A stretch of DNA of 64,000 bases from an uncultured virus (IMG/VR IMGVR_UViG_3300046520_000318) (taxonomy: Duplodnaviria; Heunggongvirae; Uroviricota; Caudoviricetes), in the IMG/VR virus record IMGVR_UViG_3300046520_000318. One strand, 5' to 3'. Within the stretch, counting starts at the first letter, position 1; each line of letters opens with the position of its first letter. The notes beneath the pieces were generated by a model that saw only the letters and a program-made list of their open reading frames with translations, was not told the DNA's origin and did not search any database. Positions 1 to 8,400 of this stretch are shown in pieces. The position numbers were made by a program, and so were the translations under genes.

Positions 1-1185
1 TCATGCATTCCTCCTCTTCAAAATCGTCAGCGCTGGTGCGCGCGAGTCGGTTACTGATACCTTATTTGCCGCTGCAATCAACTGATCCAGCTCTGCTGCT
101 GAATAGTGGCTGGTGATGCTTCCGTTCTTGTGGCCCAGTAAAGCTTTTCGATCTTCCTCGCTCACGCCTGCTGCACGTAGCCTTCTGCCAAAGGTGTGCT
201 TCAAGTCGTGAACGCGGATGCGCAAATACCCATCGTGGGCCTTGCGCAGGAACTTCTCTCCCCACTTCGTCGCCGCCCTGACTCGCGCCTTCTTCCAGGC
301 CGAGTCATTCATGCGGTGAACGGTCGTTTCATTCCCTTCACTATCTGGCTTGCCAAACGGAAACACGTACAGCGGATGCTTGCCGCGCTGCTGCTCGATA
401 ACCGATTTGGCGACGTCATTCAAAATCACCAAGCGCTCATCCCGGTTTTTCACGCCGGCCTTCGCGCTTCGGCCGCCAAATCCGGCAGGGATTAGAAAGA
501 CGCTGGTCTTCAGCTCCGGTACCGGAATCTCCCAATCCCACTGCAATTTGCACACCTCTTGCTCGCGACAACCCGTGTTCACCTTGAACATGGCCATCGT
601 CTGCAGATGAGCTGGCAATTCAGCGAACAGAATCGATTGCTCATCCCAGGACAAAGGGTAGGGCTTTCGTGAGTTCGTCTTTTCATCCAACAGTGAAATC
701 ATCGGCACCACGTCCAGCCATGGGCGCCGCTCCTCGTCACGCCACTTCCTCGCGCAAAGATTTAGAACCCTGATGACGCGTTGCAGCGCGATATTCACGG
801 TTCGGTTTGTCACAGGCTTTCCCTTTTCCGGCTGAAGCTTGGACTGGATGTAGGGAGCCAGTGAGTCGTCATCTATATGGGTGATCGGCAGGTGTCCGAT
901 AAACGGGTCGAGCTGTTCCATGTAAGTAGCTGAAATATGGATTGATGCCTGATTCTTCACCTCGAGCAGGAAGCGAATCGACGCCTCCCGCCACGTCCGG
1001 ACCTGGCGCACGCCGTACACCTTGCGCTGGCGCAACTTCTCCAGCATGTGAATCAGGTACTGCTCGGCTTCCGCCCGGTCACTAGTTCCAGTACTTTCCT
1101 GAATTCGTTCTCCTCGGTATTTTTTGTCAATCTTCCAGATGCCGTTCGGCATTTTCTGGAGCCCGGTGATTGCTTTTTGGGCCAT
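1..1185 (-). CDS. int: Tyrosine recombinase / phage integrase
   Basis: Catalytic motifs TGCR, HDLKH, LLGH and HY in a 394-aa ORF at the prophage end. Confidence 0.93.
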   Translation of the reverse strand: MAQKAITGLQKMPNGIWKIDKKYRGERIQESTGTSDRAEAEQYLIHMLEKLRQRKVYGVRQVRTWREASIRFLLEVKNQASIHISATYMEQLDPFIGHLPITHIDDDSLAPYIQSKLQPEKGKPVTNRTVNIALQRVIRVLNLCARKWRDEERRPWLDVVPMISLLDEKTNSRKPYPLSWDEQSILFAELPAHLQTMAMFKVNTGCREQEVCKLQWDWEIPVPELKTSVFLIPAGFGGRSAKAGVKNRDERLVILNDVAKSVIEQQRGKHPLYVFPFGKPDSEGNETTVHRMNDSAWKKARVRAATKWGEKFLRKAHDGYLRIRVHDLKHTFGRRLRAAGVSEEDRKALLGHKNGSITSHYSAAELDQLIAAANKVSVTDSRAPALTILKRRNA

Positions 1186-1469
1186 GTAGCTGCTCCTTTG
1201 GCCCCGGTCTGACGTTCGCTGCGGGGTTGATTGTTGTCTTGATTGGATGCCTTTTCAATCGCCATGGCCTGAATGTAGGCGTCGGCCCACTCGTCAATCT
1301 CATGCCGGTCGAACGCGATCCCTTGTTTTCCGATGGGAAATTCACGGACGTGCGGCCTTACCGTCTTATCGAACTCGGTCCGGCACATCCCCAAATAGCC
1401 GTACACATCGCGCGCTCGAATGAACCTGGGTGCGATGGTGGACGGCTGCGCCGCTGTTGCGTTTGCCAT
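1053..1469 (-). CDS. Excisionase / AlpA-like HTH recombination directionality factor
   Basis: APRFIRARDVYGYLGM...FDRHEIDEWAD is a winged-HTH Xis pattern; overlaps the int start. Confidence 0.7.
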   Translation of the reverse strand: MANATAAQPSTIAPRFIRARDVYGYLGMCRTEFDKTVRPHVREFPIGKQGIAFDRHEIDEWADAYIQAMAIEKASNQDNNQPRSERQTGAKGAATWPKKQSPGSRKCRTASGRLTKNTEENEFRKVLELVTGRKPSST

Positions 1470-1491
1470 GGTGGCTACCTCCGTCCGGGGT

Positions 1492-2208
1492 CTATGCGGG
1501 GTTGAGTGGTTGCAGGGTGGCGATATCCAGCAGCGTGAAATGGCCGCTGCCGTCCTTGAGCCATCCGCCGGTGTCGATGTGATGGACGTTGCCCAGCACC
1601 GCAGGGCGCTCGATTGGCGTATGGCCGACGACTACGGCGCGCACGTCTGGGATTGGTCGGCAGTCATGCTGTTCGTACCGGGAGCGGGACCACATGCAAG
1701 TGTTTTGGGTTAGGCGCAGCCGTTTGTTGCTCTCCGGCGACTCCAGTTCGTCTTTCATCTGCGCCCAGGTATCGAATACGCAGTCCGCGTGCACGATCCC
1801 CACGATGCCGCCGGCGGTCTCGACCTCAATGGCTATCGGCAGCTCCTCGAACATCACCTGATAGTTCTGCTGTTCGGTCAGCGGCAGGCCGATGAACCAG
1901 ACGCCGCCGTTCTGCATCCAGTTTCCGATATCGCAGGTGTCGAAGCGGGCAACGTAGTCGTCGTGGTTGCCGCGCACCGGGTGGAACCATGGCTTGTTCA
2001 GCCACTTGATCACGTCCTCGCATTCGGGGCCGCGGTCGACCAGATCGCCGACGCTGAAAAGCCGGTCTACGGTAGGGTCGAAGCCGATGGCATCCAGCGC
2101 GGCTTGCAACCGGCTGAAGTGGCCATGGATGTCGCCGACAGCAATGTCCCGCCCAGCAGTGTTCGCAGCGAAGCGTTTCACACGCGTCACCTCAATTGTT
2201 TCGAGCAT
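1492..2208 (-). CDS. Metallophosphoesterase, lambda NinI/PphA-like Ser/Thr protein phosphatase
   Basis: GDIHG, GDLVDRG, RGNH, HAD, GHT and IDTG motifs. Confidence 0.92.
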   Translation of the reverse strand: MLETIEVTRVKRFAANTAGRDIAVGDIHGHFSRLQAALDAIGFDPTVDRLFSVGDLVDRGPECEDVIKWLNKPWFHPVRGNHDDYVARFDTCDIGNWMQNGGVWFIGLPLTEQQNYQVMFEELPIAIEVETAGGIVGIVHADCVFDTWAQMKDELESPESNKRLRLTQNTCMWSRSRYEQHDCRPIPDVRAVVVGHTPIERPAVLGNVHHIDTGGWLKDGSGHFTLLDIATLQPLNPA

Positions 2209-2265
2209 TATGGCTCCCGCCCGCCGTACACCGGCAGGCATGTGGATAGATGGGGAAGGGGTTGG

Positions 2266-2589
2266 TCAGTCGACCTGGTAGTAGACGTAGCAGTCCACGC
2301 CCTGATCCTTGAGTGATTTGTGCATGGCCTGGACACCGGCGCTGTGCTGGTTGCCTTGGCCTGGCCATGGGGTGTCGAGGTGAATGCCTTGCCGGTGATA
2401 GCCGTGCGCCTTCTGCACATAGCCCGGAACGCCATCAACTGATGTTGCGCGCATACCGGGGATTGGGATCACCACTCGATCAAGGTTCGCACTGCCGCCG
2501 TCGTTTGCGCATGCGGCCGCCGCTGCTTTCCCCGCTTCTATGGCGATGGCAATCTTCGGGCCAAGCGCCGCAAGTTCTGCTTTATTCAT
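2266..2589 (-). CDS. Hypothetical phage protein
   Basis: ORF MNKAELAALG... with GGAGG RBS, coupled to the upstream gene by ATGA overlap. Confidence 0.7.
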   Translation of the reverse strand: MNKAELAALGPKIAIAIEAGKAAAAACANDGGSANLDRVVIPIPGMRATSVDGVPGYVQKAHGYHRQGIHLDTPWPGQGNQHSAGVQAMHKSLKDQGVDCYVYYQVD

Positions 2590-2741
2590 GCCGCCTCCTT
2601 GCCGCGCTGCCACCAGTGCCAGGCTCTGGCCATGTAACGATCCAGATAGCTGCCATTGCTCAGGCGCTGGGATTGGCACCACTCCAGCGCGCAGTTGTGG
2701 TCCTCGGCGTAGGCCTGTTCGAATTGGTCGCGGCTGGTCAT
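2586..2741 (-). CDS. Small hypothetical protein (51 aa, MTSRDQFEQAYA...WWQRGKEAA); not in the ORF track
   Basis: Read by hand; a homologue with the same N- and C-termini lies at 58237..58389. Confidence 0.8.
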   Translation of the reverse strand: MTSRDQFEQAYAEDHNCALEWCQSQRLSNGSYLDRYMARAWHWWQRGKEAA

Positions 2742-3163
2742 CAGCAATCCCCCCACGCCAATTCCTTGATGTAGTCACCGCCTTCGCATACGACTTCGCC
2801 GGTAGAGAATGACTGAGCAGCGATCAATGCTTCGGCCTGAGCTCTCCCGGTCTTTGCACGCTCCAAGGCAAGCTCGGCGTGTTGGGCCTGACGCAATTTG
2901 CGAACCCGGTATGAGTTCATTGCATCCTTCAGTTCTGGATAGCAAAAACGCCGTGACGAATCTTTCAGAATGCGTTTTCGATATTTCTTGAAGCCGTTTT
3001 CGCCGTAAATCATCGGCATTCGGTGCTGGAAGTCCCTCACCACGTAGTAGCAGTGCTCCGTTTCGCCGATTACGATGTAGCGACAACACTCGATGGTGAC
3101 GCCGTCAGGTCCGATTGAGTCCGTATACCTGAAATGGTCCGGGCCAAGCTTTGTGTTTTCCAT
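2741..3163 (-). CDS. Hypothetical phage protein
   Basis: ORF MENTKLG... after a GAGGAG RBS, tightly packed in the operon. Confidence 0.7.
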   Translation of the reverse strand: MENTKLGPDHFRYTDSIGPDGVTIECCRYIVIGETEHCYYVVRDFQHRMPMIYGENGFKKYRKRILKDSSRRFCYPELKDAMNSYRVRKLRQAQHAELALERAKTGRAQAEALIAAQSFSTGEVVCEGGDYIKELAWGDC

Positions 3164-3231
3164 GAGCGCACGACTCCTCGCCGCATACGCAGCAGGCAAT
3201 AGGGATAGGGTGGGGCCGACGGGCGGCGGGG

Positions 3232-3609
3232 TTACTTGTTCTGGCGGAAGGCTTCAGCAGCGCACACAGCGCCGTATTCCTTCATCTGCTCGAGCGTGTA
3301 GCCGGGGACCTCGCGCTCTGGCTGAAGGAAGCCCCAGTGGCGCGGTGGGTGCGGAAGAGCGGTGTGGTTAGCAAGAAGTCTTGATTGTGTCGGCAGTACT
3401 GCCCGGACATCCTCGGGCGGGGCGGCGCGAGTGTTCCATTTCTCGATCATTCTCGCTGCCAGCCAATCGCGTCCCTTGTGGAGCCATCGTTGCTGCCTGC
3501 CTGAGTGGCAGGATTCGCACTTAATCTCAAGCCCGTCAGCCCGGTACTGCTTCAGCAGCGGCTCCCCACCGCAAAACGGGCAGGGTAGAAGTCTGGTTTC
3601 GCGGGTCAT
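3232..3609 (-). CDS. Lar-family restriction alleviation protein
   Basis: LLPCPFCGG...CESC...WNTRA zinc-ribbon signature. Confidence 0.78.
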   Translation of the reverse strand: MTRETRLLPCPFCGGEPLLKQYRADGLEIKCESCHSGRQQRWLHKGRDWLAARMIEKWNTRAAPPEDVRAVLPTQSRLLANHTALPHPPRHWGFLQPEREVPGYTLEQMKEYGAVCAAEAFRQNK

Positions 3610-4511
3610 TGTTTTACCTGCCTTGCCTTGCGGCGCGCGTCATGGAATGCAAAAACCTCGGCAAGCCCGGCATCAATCGCCTCTACCTCACGGTCGAAGT
3701 ACGCTTGAGCATCGATCTCGTCTTCAGGGGGTAACTCGCCCGGCCCAGCCAGACCGTTGAAGATCCATTCCATACCATTGCCACCTGACTCGTCCGCGAT
3801 CACAGCAGACTTCATGCCGAGCAGGTAGCGTCCGAATGTCAGATCAAGTTCGCGGATGCGCATCGACGCGACCGTTGCCGCATCCTCGAGCTCATCAACC
3901 CGCTGATCCGCCACGTTCAAGCGCTGCTGGAGTGCGGCGTTCTCGGCCTGCAGGCGGGTGACGTGGGCGCCGATAGCATCAATAACCACGCACTGAATCC
4001 TTGCCTTGATCTGCGAGGAGCCTGCATTCCTGCCGTTAATAATCTCTACGATCTTGCTTGCACAGTCTAAAGCGGAGGCGTCCGCATCGGTCGAACGACC
4101 AATTCTGAAGCCATTGGCTGAAAGCATCATGCAGAAGTTTGCAACGTCTACCGGGTCGCCCTTTTCAACATGTTCGCGCAGCATTCGAGTTAGATCATGC
4201 TGGCTACACGTTTGCCAACCGCTGCGACCTTCCTTTGATTTCTGCGCCAGCTTGTGCGCCATCAGTTTAGGGAAGATTTCCAGGGCATTTGCATCTGACT
4301 TGAAATCCACCTCCGCGCCAGCAGGCGGCTGAGTGCTGTTGCGCTGGTGTTCGTCAAACCGACGCTGGGCTTCGGCGTCACCTTTTAGGCAACCGCATTG
4401 ATGGGGGTGCGCGGTGTAGTCGATGTGACAAAGACGGTCGGGGTACTGCGTTTTCTGTTCGCACCCGCAACGCGCTGGATGTGCTTGTGGTTGTTGGCAT
4501 TCCTGACTCAT
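3606..4511 (-). CDS. Mosaic accessory protein (Ea22/ead-like, coiled coil)
   Basis: KGDPVDVANFCMM segment plus coiled coil VTRLQAEN; operon coupling. Confidence 0.6.
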   Translation of the reverse strand: MSQECQQPQAHPARCGCEQKTQYPDRLCHIDYTAHPHQCGCLKGDAEAQRRFDEHQRNSTQPPAGAEVDFKSDANALEIFPKLMAHKLAQKSKEGRSGWQTCSQHDLTRMLREHVEKGDPVDVANFCMMLSANGFRIGRSTDADASALDCASKIVEIINGRNAGSSQIKARIQCVVIDAIGAHVTRLQAENAALQQRLNVADQRVDELEDAATVASMRIRELDLTFGRYLLGMKSAVIADESGGNGMEWIFNGLAGPGELPPEDEIDAQAYFDREVEAIDAGLAEVFAFHDARRKARQVKQ

Positions 4512-4828
4512 AACGCCTCCTGCGGATACGTGCCCACTTCGCCCTGGTCGGCGGCGTTGGCGGCTTGGATGATTGCCTCGCGGCGAGACTTGATCAGCGC
4601 GACCAGTTCGTGTCGGTCGATTTCCTTGGCGCCCAGCTGTACGGCGCGATCGCGCTTGGTCAGGCAGATGTCATAGTGGCTCTTCACCGAGCCGGGGAAC
4701 TGATGCCAGCGCCGCGCTATGCCGATCTTGTCGGCCATGGCGTGCAGCTCTTCCTCGGTGTCGGCGAGCATGTGGCACATCTTCATGCGCCGGTAGGGGA
4801 TCTGTTCGTTGTCGACATAGACGGTCAT
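4508..4828 (-). CDS. DUF4031-family protein
   Basis: MTVYVD...CHMLADTEEELHAMA..IG...WHQ...HYDI...AVQLGA pattern. Confidence 0.8.
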   Translation of the reverse strand: MTVYVDNEQIPYRRMKMCHMLADTEEELHAMADKIGIARRWHQFPGSVKSHYDICLTKRDRAVQLGAKEIDRHELVALIKSRREAIIQAANAADQGEVGTYPQEAL

Positions 4829-5352
4829 GGCTTCTCACCTGTGTAGATGCGCCAATCAACCTTCTTGCCGTTCACCATGAAGCCCCAGTCACCTTTCCAG
4901 CGGCTGGTGATGAATAGAGTCCACACTCCATTCGGCGACACCTCGTCGATGCGGTGGAATTCGCCATGTTGCAACTCGGCTGTGTCACCAGGTTCTCGCC
5001 ATACCGGGATGTCGGTATATCCGCCAACCACCCAGAACCTTCGGCGCTCTTCTTTGTAGAAGCCCCGCAATATCACGGTACGGGCGTTCCATGGGTGATC
5101 ATGAAGATCGCGATCAGCGTCCGGCCGCTTGATGTGGTGAATCCGAATCGACCACGGGAACCACACCAGCTTCCCTTTGTGAGTCACGCGGTCGTACGGG
5201 TTGAACAGCCACCAGCGGCCCATGTACATCTCGGTGCCGTCGGCGGACATGATGTGCTGGTAAGGCGTGCGCTGGGTGCGGGCAATCAACCAGTCGGCAA
5301 CCGAAGGGCGCGCCAGCAGCTTGGCAAGCAGGCGCCAGATCAGATCTTTCAT
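4825..5352 (-). CDS. Cupin-like (HDH motif) phage protein
   Basis: IHHI...DLHDHPW...GFYKE...FHRI cupin metal-binding pattern. Confidence 0.6.
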   Translation of the reverse strand: MKDLIWRLLAKLLARPSVADWLIARTQRTPYQHIMSADGTEMYMGRWWLFNPYDRVTHKGKLVWFPWSIRIHHIKRPDADRDLHDHPWNARTVILRGFYKEERRRFWVVGGYTDIPVWREPGDTAELQHGEFHRIDEVSPNGVWTLFITSRWKGDWGFMVNGKKVDWRIYTGEKP

Positions 5353-5436
5353 TTGAGTGTCCCTGTAACCCATTGAGGTTACTTTTGGAGATGTAACCTC
5401 TGGAGGTTACGTTGGGGTTGGTCAGGCGGATCGGGG

Positions 5437-6204
5437 TCAGCCCCCGCAATAGCCGGAATCACATTTGTTGATTGGGAATAACTGCATTTGGTCTCGCGCC
5501 CTGGGCGCCTCGGCCCACTTAAGAACCGCGCGGATACCGACAGCATTCTTTCTGCGCCCAGGTCTGAACATCACCCGTGCTTTACCTTTCTGGGTGAATC
5601 CAAGCTCCTGCTCGGTGATGTCGATGATCTGTATGCGGTCCTCGGTCAGCACCCGAAGTTCGTCAATGTTTGCATTGATGCACGGATAGCACTCGTTGGA
5701 CCGGTGCGGCAGTGGCTCGAATCCAGCCCTGGACAACAGTTGATTACGCATCACGTCGTCGTGGCGAACCAGCGGCTGCCACAGCTCTCGACCACCATGC
5801 CGCTCCGACTCGATAACGTGTTCAGGCGCATCTGCTCGATGGGCGCTTTCCGATCTGCGAACGCCTGTCATCGCTGTCGCCAGCTTTTCCGAGTCATGTT
5901 CATCCAGCCATGACAGGGCAGGCTGTACTTTCAATTCGGCAGTGCAGAACTGGCCTTGGCCGCCAGCGCCAGGCCAGCCGCGTTTTCGCTTCACCAGCGC
6001 GACCATCCCCTCTGACTTGGTCTGTACCGTCTTGAAGCCGTAGCTCTGAGCAAGCGCCTCACCTCGAGCTACTCGTTCCGGCCATTCCTTTGAAGCCCAT
6101 CCAGTATCGGAGTAGAGGCATGTAACATCCGGCAGCCTATTTTCGTGAGCCCACTGGATCAGCGCGATTGAGTCGTTCCCATAACTGCAGAACAGAACGT
6201 GCAT
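5437..6204 (-). CDS. PAPS-reductase-family (PP-loop) protein, possible DNA/nucleotide modification enzyme
   Basis: SYGNDS PP-loop, SDTGW, FCTAELK, GVRRSES..R, ECYPC and C-terminal CDSGYCG. Confidence 0.8.
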   Translation of the reverse strand: MHVLFCSYGNDSIALIQWAHENRLPDVTCLYSDTGWASKEWPERVARGEALAQSYGFKTVQTKSEGMVALVKRKRGWPGAGGQGQFCTAELKVQPALSWLDEHDSEKLATAMTGVRRSESAHRADAPEHVIESERHGGRELWQPLVRHDDVMRNQLLSRAGFEPLPHRSNECYPCINANIDELRVLTEDRIQIIDITEQELGFTQKGKARVMFRPGRRKNAVGIRAVLKWAEAPRARDQMQLFPINKCDSGYCGG

Positions 6205-6283
6205 GGTTCCTCCGTTTCGCCAGTGGCGTGATTCAAATTCTGGAATGGCCTACGCTTACCTCTCCACAGGAAGGGAGATGGTC

Positions 6284-6478
6284 ATGAGCGAAGACAGGGT
6301 TAAGGCATTGACGTTGGCGCTTAAAGCGGTGCTCAACGTTGCTCAAAAGCAGGGATTGAGCCTGGAAGAACTGACGGAGGCTGCAGCCGACGAGCTCCTG
6401 CAATACAGGGCTTACGACGCCGAGCATGTCCCGATGGCTATCACCGAGATTGAGATAGCGGCTGATGCGCTAATGTGA
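6284..6478 (+). CDS. Small moron protein (paralogue of next gene)
   Basis: GGGAG RBS; opposite strand to the operon. Confidence 0.7.
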   Translation: MSEDRVKALTLALKAVLNVAQKQGLSLEELTEAAADELLQYRAYDAEHVPMAITEIEIAADALM

Positions 6479-6531
6479 TCAGCCCTCATCTTTTTCGCCT
6501 ACGCTCATTGCTTCACCGGAGGGGGCTTGCG

Positions 6532-6750
6532 ATGAGCGAAAGTAGGGAAAGAGCACTTGAGATTGCATTGGTAGCCATGCTGATTTCAGCGAAGGAGCAG
6601 GGCATTCATGTTGAAGCTTTATGCGATGGCGCTGCGGAACTGATCGCCCAGCTCCCGGGCAAAGAGCAATATCGCGACGTGGCTTACCATACGGTGAAAA
6701 ATTTATCTCGCCATGTAGCCGTGCTTCACCCAGTGAGTAAGCGGTACTGA
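6532..6750 (+). CDS. Small moron protein (paralogue of previous gene)
   Basis: GGAGG RBS; MSESRERALEIAL resembles MSEDRVKALTLAL. Confidence 0.7.
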   Translation: MSESRERALEIALVAMLISAKEQGIHVEALCDGAAELIAQLPGKEQYRDVAYHTVKNLSRHVAVLHPVSKRY

Positions 6751-6774
6751 GGTGCGGATGATGCGCTGGTGTGA

Positions 6775-7491
6775 TCAGGCTGCCTCAGAAGCGGTCTCGA
6801 CCTCGGCCCAGGCTGGCAAGAAGGCTTTCATCTCTTCGCCCCTCATAGGCATGAGTATCCCTACGAAGCGGTCAACCAGATCATGACTGTTGAACCGTAC
6901 AACCACGGAGCCCTTATCTGAGCCGGTTTCAAGGTGCATCCCACCGCCGCCGAAGTGCTTCTGCCCGGAGAGCATCACGCCGATCTTGTTGAAGGCTTCC
7001 AGGTATTCACCGTTCAGGCAGGGGTATGCCCCTTCAAACTGCGCCCGCTGCTTCGGCATAACGCGGCGCCAGTCCGGGAATTTCCCGTCGACCAATTCCG
7101 TTTTCTCAGTGAGGTGAGAAAACTGGCCGAACAGCTCTGGCTCTTCGGTGGTATCAGGAAAGCTGCTTACTAGCGAAAACTTCTCAGAAATCCAAAGCAC
7201 GGCCGGCGGCTCTCCGTCCGGACCTTTGCGGGACATGCACGCTGACTGCATCCGCTTTGAAACTGTACCGATCAAGACTGACTTATGATCGGGATGAATC
7301 CAGCCATCCGGATCGTGCATAGCTCCCATGAAGTGGCCGTTCGTTGCGACGATGACTACACCGCCAGCGACGTGCGGCTCGATGTGCACGGCGTTCAGGT
7401 AATAGCGGACGTCACCTTTGGCGGCGCACTGGTGGATGGCTGCGAAGTACTTCGGGTTGACGCGGGCGAGGTATTTCATGGGTTTCTCCAT
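6775..7491 (-). CDS. DNA polymerase III beta-clamp-like phage protein
   Basis: DVRYYLNAVHIE...IVATNGH...DGKFPDWRRVMP...ILMPMR resembles DnaN domains II-III. Confidence 0.7.
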   Translation of the reverse strand: MEKPMKYLARVNPKYFAAIHQCAAKGDVRYYLNAVHIEPHVAGGVVIVATNGHFMGAMHDPDGWIHPDHKSVLIGTVSKRMQSACMSRKGPDGEPPAVLWISEKFSLVSSFPDTTEEPELFGQFSHLTEKTELVDGKFPDWRRVMPKQRAQFEGAYPCLNGEYLEAFNKIGVMLSGQKHFGGGGMHLETGSDKGSVVVRFNSHDLVDRFVGILMPMRGEEMKAFLPAWAEVETASEAA

Positions 7492-7590
7492 TGCATGCGC
7501 CGTCCTCCGATACGGGACGGTGGCGAATAGGTTGGTGGTGGGCTATACGTGGTGACCGGCATTGGGCCGGGATAGCACAGGGACAGTTTT

Positions 7591-8088
7591 ATGAAGATCC
7601 GGACGCAGCATATGACGCTCGGCGCCGCACTTATGCAGATCGCCGAACATGAACGCTTCACCGCCATCAACCCGCTTTACGTACGCGGTAACAAGGTCAC
7701 CAATGCTTTTCTAATCAACGACAACACTTGCATATTCCTTAAGTACGGCAGCGAGCCGAAGCCGACAGGTGAATACCAGTTCACATTCACGAATGAACAG
7801 ATCAGTTCGCTTGAAGATGCGGAAGAGCATTACCGCAATGTGTTCGTTTGCCTCGTCTGCGTTGAAGAGCAGGACATTTGCGGGCTTACAGCGGATGAGC
7901 TGCATCGAATGATCACCGCGAGACAGGACACAGCTGAAGGAGACGAGGAGTCTTATCAAGTCCTCATTACCGCGCCGGAGGGTGGACGTCTGCGCGTATA
8001 TACAAACACAGCTGGGCGTAGAGGGCTTCCTGCTCTTGAGCCGCTGCTCATCCCAAGAAACAGATTTCCTGGGTTTCTGTTCGAATAG
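7591..8088 (+). CDS. Moron, hypothetical protein (possible nuclease-like fold)
   Basis: 165-aa ORF on the opposite strand filling the gap between phage genes. Confidence 0.6.
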   Translation: MKIRTQHMTLGAALMQIAEHERFTAINPLYVRGNKVTNAFLINDNTCIFLKYGSEPKPTGEYQFTFTNEQISSLEDAEEHYRNVFVCLVCVEEQDICGLTADELHRMITARQDTAEGDEESYQVLITAPEGGRLRVYTNTAGRRGLPALEPLLIPRNRFPGFLFE

Positions 8089-8400
8089 TCAGTCTTCCCG
8101 GCCGATCCGCAACGCCTCACGCTGAAAAGCCAGCTCCAGTTTCCGCGCCACAATTGGCGACACCGTAATTTCGTGGCGCGGGATCGATAGAAGCGGCAAG
8201 GCCCGATCAGGCCCTAATCCGTGAAGATGGTGAATCATCAGCGTCAGCGCTTCACCTTGCTCTTCAATCTCCGCCCAGGCCATCAGTTCGGCGAGAGCCT
8301 GTTTCGTTCCGGCGCGAACCCGAAACCGCAATTCCTCCTCGCCAGCCTTGCGCCTCTTTTCCGTCATGCGCTCGTCGCGCTGCTTCTGATTCAAAGCCAT
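8089..8400 (-). CDS. Conserved hypothetical phage protein
   Basis: ORF coupled to the upstream gene; EEELRFRV..GTKQAL..LM.W pattern. Confidence 0.7.
   Translation of the reverse strand: MALNQKQRDERMTEKRRKAGEEELRFRVRAGTKQALAELMAWAEIEEQGEALTLMIHHLHGLGPDRALPLLSIPRHEITVSPIVARKLELAFQREALRIGRED

Noticed and set aside
5437..6204. Complete Dnd/Ssp phosphorothioation system or cysH sulfur-assimilation gene
   Set aside because: No partner genes are present; only the fold-level assignment is supported.
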